From assembly GCA_963782915.1 (NCBI GenBank), contig CAWALK010000022.1, positions 96,001-160,000 of the forward strand: 64,000 nt of DNA, given 5' to 3'. Positions within the stretch are counted from its first letter, which is position 1. Every line of letters begins with the position of its first letter. The notes beneath the pieces are model-generated. The model saw only the letters and a list, made by a program, of their open reading frames with translations, made no database searches and was not told the DNA's origin. The position numbers and the translations under genes were made by a program. Positions 60,645-64,000 of the stretch are shown piece by piece. Source of the stretch: an uncultured archaeon. Its GTDB lineage: Archaea > Thermoproteota > Bathyarchaeia > Bathyarchaeales > Bathycorpusculaceae.

Positions 60645-60901
60645 TTTAGGCGTTTTTGGCCCAGACCCGTCGGCAACCAAACGTAGCGGCGGTCGCCATG
60701 GCGCTCCACGGTTCCTTCACTTTTCAGAAGCCTCAGATGATACATTACAACGTTGTAGGTTAGCTTGGATTCCTTGGCGATTTTGGCTGCGCCCAACCCC
60801 TGAGCATCGAGCAGCAACAGAATTTTGGTTCTGGCCGACAGCCCGCATCGTACGTTGCGGATGCTTTTGAGGTAAGCGTTGGGATGCCAAGTTTGCTTAA
60901 T
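60641..60901 (-). CDS. ArsR-like winged-helix protein (86 aa, absent from ORF track; apparent ATT start)
   Basis: (M)KQTWHPNAYLKSIRNVRCGLSARTKILLLLDAQGLGAAKIAKESKLTYNVVMYHLRLLKSEGTVERHGDRRYVWLPTGLGQKRLN*. Confidence 0.8.
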   Translation of the reverse strand: MKQTWHPNAYLKSIRNVRCGLSARTKILLLLDAQGLGAAKIAKESKLTYNVVMYHLRLLKSEGTVERHGDRRYVWLPTGLGQKRLN

Positions 60902-60951
60902 GCTACGCCACCGAGTACAGCAAAATGCGGTTATCCTTGAAAAGCTTTAGT

Positions 60952-63900
60952 CTATCCGAAGTCGAAAAGCTTCGCCTGTTTGGGTTTCTTGTTATCGAAC
61001 ATCAGGGTGATTTCTTCTTTGATGAGGTCCATGCGTTGCGTGTAGTACTTGGGCAAACCGTACTTGTCGACTAGTTCCTGTGCTGCGACAAGGTATTTTT
61101 CGATGCCGCCGCGGTAGACTGTGAGGGTTAATGCTCCGCCGCAGAAGGGGCATTTGCCTATGAGCGGTAGTCGGCGGAATTTTTTGTTGCATGATTTGCA
61201 GCGGAAACCCTGTGTGGAGAACGCGCGCATGTTGCCTGCGATGTCACGCATGAAATGTGTGTTGAGAACTTTTAGAGCTACGCGGCGTGCGTCTACGGCA
61301 TCGATTTTTTCGCCTAAATCCAGTTGCATGTGGAGTTTTTCGATCATGGATTTGAATTCTTTGTAGCTGCTGTTGGCGTTGCCCAAGTTGATGTTGGTGC
61401 AGGGCGTGGTGAATTGGAAGCCCTCGTACTGCCCCTCTGTGCCTAAGCGGTGGCTGATGACATCCATAAACGCGCTTACAGGTCGGGATTCTCCTTTGTC
61501 CCAGGTTTTGCGGTAGAACTCGAGGGGGTAGGTTTGGCTGACGTCGAAGTCGTGGGCTTGGCGCTGTACCTCTTTGGTGTTGCAGAAGGGGATGAGCAGG
61601 ATGGGGGCATCCATGATTCCGCCGATTTGGCTTGGCAGAAACACTTTAGAGAAATTGATGAGGGTGTCGAGTCCCAGCATGATGGCGTCTTCGTCGCCGT
61701 CGCAGTCCCGACGTTTCGCTGAGTGCCAAACGGGATGTGCATAGATTAGGTTGCGGTCGGTGTAGCCTACGATTCTGCCCAATATGCAGGCGCATGTGTG
61801 GGGCGCTAACCCAAAGATGAGGTGCCCAACTAAGTCTTCGGGTTTCTTGACGTTGTAGTATGGGGGCAGCTTGTAGACGCGGGTTAGGAGGTCGTCGATG
61901 AAAGCGGCGATTTGGATAAAGTATACTCCGGCGCTAACGGGGATGACGACGTCTTGGATTTTTAGTTCGCACACTTGATTAGGATCAGTCAGGGGCAAAC
62001 CGTGCGTGTCGGCTTGGTAGCCCATTTGATGCATTTTTTCGATGGACACACCGATTTCGGCAGGGGTGATGTGGGTTAGGGGGGCGTTGGTTCCGTCAAA
62101 GCGTATGGTGCCATCTTTGTAGGTGGATACGCCGTGCTTTGCGCGTAGGATGCCTTTTTCGATCATTTCAGGGGTTTTGTCAAGGTTGGTTAAGCCTTTG
62201 ACGCCTCGGAGCATCTTTGGAGGTTGGCAGCCAAGGTTGGCGCTGGCAGTTGCTACCAAGTCTTTGAAGTTGAGCGGTTGACGCTGGTACATGACGGCGT
62301 CGGCTTTGCATGTGCCGCAGTAGTTGTCTTTTAGGGGTCGGCGGCATCGGGGGCAACTCTTCTCCTGAACAGTTGGTATACCGCAAGCGTCGCATCTGAT
62401 TTTCATAGTGTAGGATTTGCAGTCGGGGCATTTGCGTTTGACCATATCCACGAATACAGGGCCTTTTTTGGCTGCTTCACAGAGGTCGCGGTGGGACCCG
62501 CCTGCTAGGCTAACTGGGAAGAGTACGTGTACCATGGGGCGCATTTCGCGGTGTTTGGCTTTTTCGGGTCTGCCCATGCGTCCTCCGACATAAGTTGGGG
62601 CTTTATCTTTAACCTGCACACCACAGAGTAGGCTCAGCAGTTCCAGAACGGTAGTTGCCTGCAGAGTTTCAGTGAATTTTGGCGTACCATAACCCAGAGT
62701 GAAAGCCAATGCAGCCGCATCCTCACCCACCAGTATAGCCTTGCCTTCTACGATTTTGTGAGGAAGAAAAATCCTACGCAACAACTTCACCGCATCATCG
62801 TCTGCTGGCCCCTTTATTCTGGTTGTAACGCCCTCTTCCACGCTAACCTCGCAAGTCGCTAACCATTTTTTCAAAACCTCAACCTCTGGAACCGTAGTTA
62901 GGCTAGTCCAGAAAAGCGTACAATTAGGCGCTAACGGCACACACAAACTTTGACTAATAGCTGCTGCTTCTTTAGTGGTTGGCTTGTTTTTGAATGGGTC
63001 ATACATGAAACCCTCAAGCGCCTCAGAGGAAACTTGGCACGCTTCCGCAGCTAGTTTGCAGTCACTCCCATACTTTGCTAAGATGGCGTTTTGGAGGTCT
63101 TTTGCCCACCATTCCTCAACGTAGCCAGAAGGCGGCAACGTCTTGTTGCTGTAGAGAAAATCGCCAAAGTCAATCAGCATGTCGCCTAAGAATAGGATTC
63201 TTTGTACTTTGCCTTTAACTTCAGGATAGTTTTCAAGTGATACTCGAACTACAGAGTTGTCTTTGAGCATGACAACGGGTTTTTCGATGCTGTCCACGGG
63301 TAATGTGACGCCGCCTTTGCCTGGCAACTCAAGACGCATTTGTGTGCCTGCGGCTAGGAAACTTTCCACTACAAACATGGTGGCGGGGTGGATTCCGACG
63401 GCTGAGAGGCCGGTGTTGCGGGAGCGGCCATATCGGAGTCTGAAGCCGCCTTTGGTTGAGGGGAAAGCAAAGATGGGGCGACCCGCGATGACATCGTCCA
63501 TGAAGCCGCCTGATTTCTTCTCAGACTTCTTCTTGAAATTCTTTAGCCAATCCCAACCTTGAAAACCGATTTTATCTATGATGACGTAGACTTTTTGGGC
63601 GCGGCCGACGATGCCGTCGTTGATGACTCTGAGTGCGCCGCCGCGGACACGGTTTGTTTCTACCCGTTCCAAGTTACGATAAGAAGAAACTTCGACGGGG
63701 TCGGATTCGGTGCCTGTGCATTCAACGGGAACCAAGTTGAGTGCCTTGCGCAGTTCCTCATCGGGAATGTGATATTGGAAACGGCCAACCGAACGTTCAT
63801 AGAGTCTGAGCTCTTCCACAAAGCGAGAGACTTCTTCTTCGGTGGGTCTGTAAACGTCTAATCCTAGTTCACGGCGCACGTAGTCTCCGACGACTAGCGT

Positions 63901-64000
63901 TAAGGCTTGGTCTGTTCCACCGGCAGAGCGAATTGGGCCAGCGAAGTAAATTCCGAGATAACGGGTTTGGTCAGCGTTCTTTTTTATTTTGACTTGGGCA
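60952..64000 (-). CDS. polC: DNA polymerase II (PolD) large subunit DP2, 5' part outside window
   Basis: GPIRSAGGT upstream of the track start, GGFRLRYGR, RMGRPEKA, KRRDCDGDED catalytic motif, C-terminal Zn finger and PIP-like QAKLFDF; no intein at the catalytic motif. Confidence 0.97.
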   Translation of the reverse strand, partial: AQVKIKKNADQTRYLGIYFAGPIRSAGGTDQALTLVVGDYVRRELGLDVYRPTEEEVSRFVEELRLYERSVGRFQYHIPDEELRKALNLVPVECTGTESDPVEVSSYRNLERVETNRVRGGALRVINDGIVGRAQKVYVIIDKIGFQGWDWLKNFKKKSEKKSGGFMDDVIAGRPIFAFPSTKGGFRLRYGRSRNTGLSAVGIHPATMFVVESFLAAGTQMRLELPGKGGVTLPVDSIEKPVVMLKDNSVVRVSLENYPEVKGKVQRILFLGDMLIDFGDFLYSNKTLPPSGYVEEWWAKDLQNAILAKYGSDCKLAAEACQVSSEALEGFMYDPFKNKPTTKEAAAISQSLCVPLAPNCTLFWTSLTTVPEVEVLKKWLATCEVSVEEGVTTRIKGPADDDAVKLLRRIFLPHKIVEGKAILVGEDAAALAFTLGYGTPKFTETLQATTVLELLSLLCGVQVKDKAPTYVGGRMGRPEKAKHREMRPMVHVLFPVSLAGGSHRDLCEAAKKGPVFVDMVKRKCPDCKSYTMKIRCDACGIPTVQEKSCPRCRRPLKDNYCGTCKADAVMYQRQPLNFKDLVATASANLGCQPPKMLRGVKGLTNLDKTPEMIEKGILRAKHGVSTYKDGTIRFDGTNAPLTHITPAEIGVSIEKMHQMGYQADTHGLPLTDPNQVCELKIQDVVIPVSAGVYFIQIAAFIDDLLTRVYKLPPYYNVKKPEDLVGHLIFGLAPHTCACILGRIVGYTDRNLIYAHPVWHSAKRRDCDGDEDAIMLGLDTLINFSKVFLPSQIGGIMDAPILLIPFCNTKEVQRQAHDFDVSQTYPLEFYRKTWDKGESRPVSAFMDVISHRLGTEGQYEGFQFTTPCTNINLGNANSSYKEFKSMIEKLHMQLDLGEKIDAVDARRVALKVLNTHFMRDIAGNMRAFSTQGFRCKSCNKKFRRLPLIGKCPFCGGALTLTVYRGGIEKYLVAAQELVDKYGLPKYYTQRMDLIKEEITLMFDNKKPKQAKLFDFG

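Noticed and set aside
60544-60950. Possible RNase P/SRP RNA or plus-strand 108-aa ORF in the mazG-polC gap
   Set aside because: The region is explained by the minus-strand wHTH gene; no RNase P or SRP consensus motifs seen.
61680-61730. Intein in DP2 at the catalytic motif
   Set aside because: KRRDCDGDED is contiguous, with no insertion.

Overview
Archaeal core-genome window, most consistent with Bathyarchaeia (TACK). Support: PolD DP2, eS25, thermosome, class I LysRS, CofD, Fae-Hps, Tes-type radical SAM, and a large PQQ-type beta-propeller surface protein. It holds about 70 CDS (ribosomal and transcription clusters, trpY-trpB2, ABC/MFS transporters, two PAS histidine kinases) and two intronless tRNAs (Arg-GCG, Glu-UUC). 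No CRISPR array, rRNA, transposase or integrase is visible. Many genes, including lysS, are broken by single-base indels, which points to unpolished long-read errors rather than pseudogenes. The main unexplained structure is a dispersed, modular non-coding repeat family at 8 intergenic loci. It consists of a TATAAATAAGGGAGGGG motif, a CTTGCGGTTTGCTCCACAACCAGCCTGCAAC module and a GGTTGTTGTTG...CAACAACAACT hairpin, with an exact 47-bp spacing between the last two in three copies. Other notable items: an HTH-Fae-Hps fusion, a PQQ-propeller/GT-C glycosyltransferase fusion, a kinase-less HAMP receptor with a small partner divergent from orphan kinases, a YdjG/YdjI-like SPFH module, a TRP-box operator, and genes missed by the ORF track. 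All family assignments come from motif recognition by eye, not from database searches.
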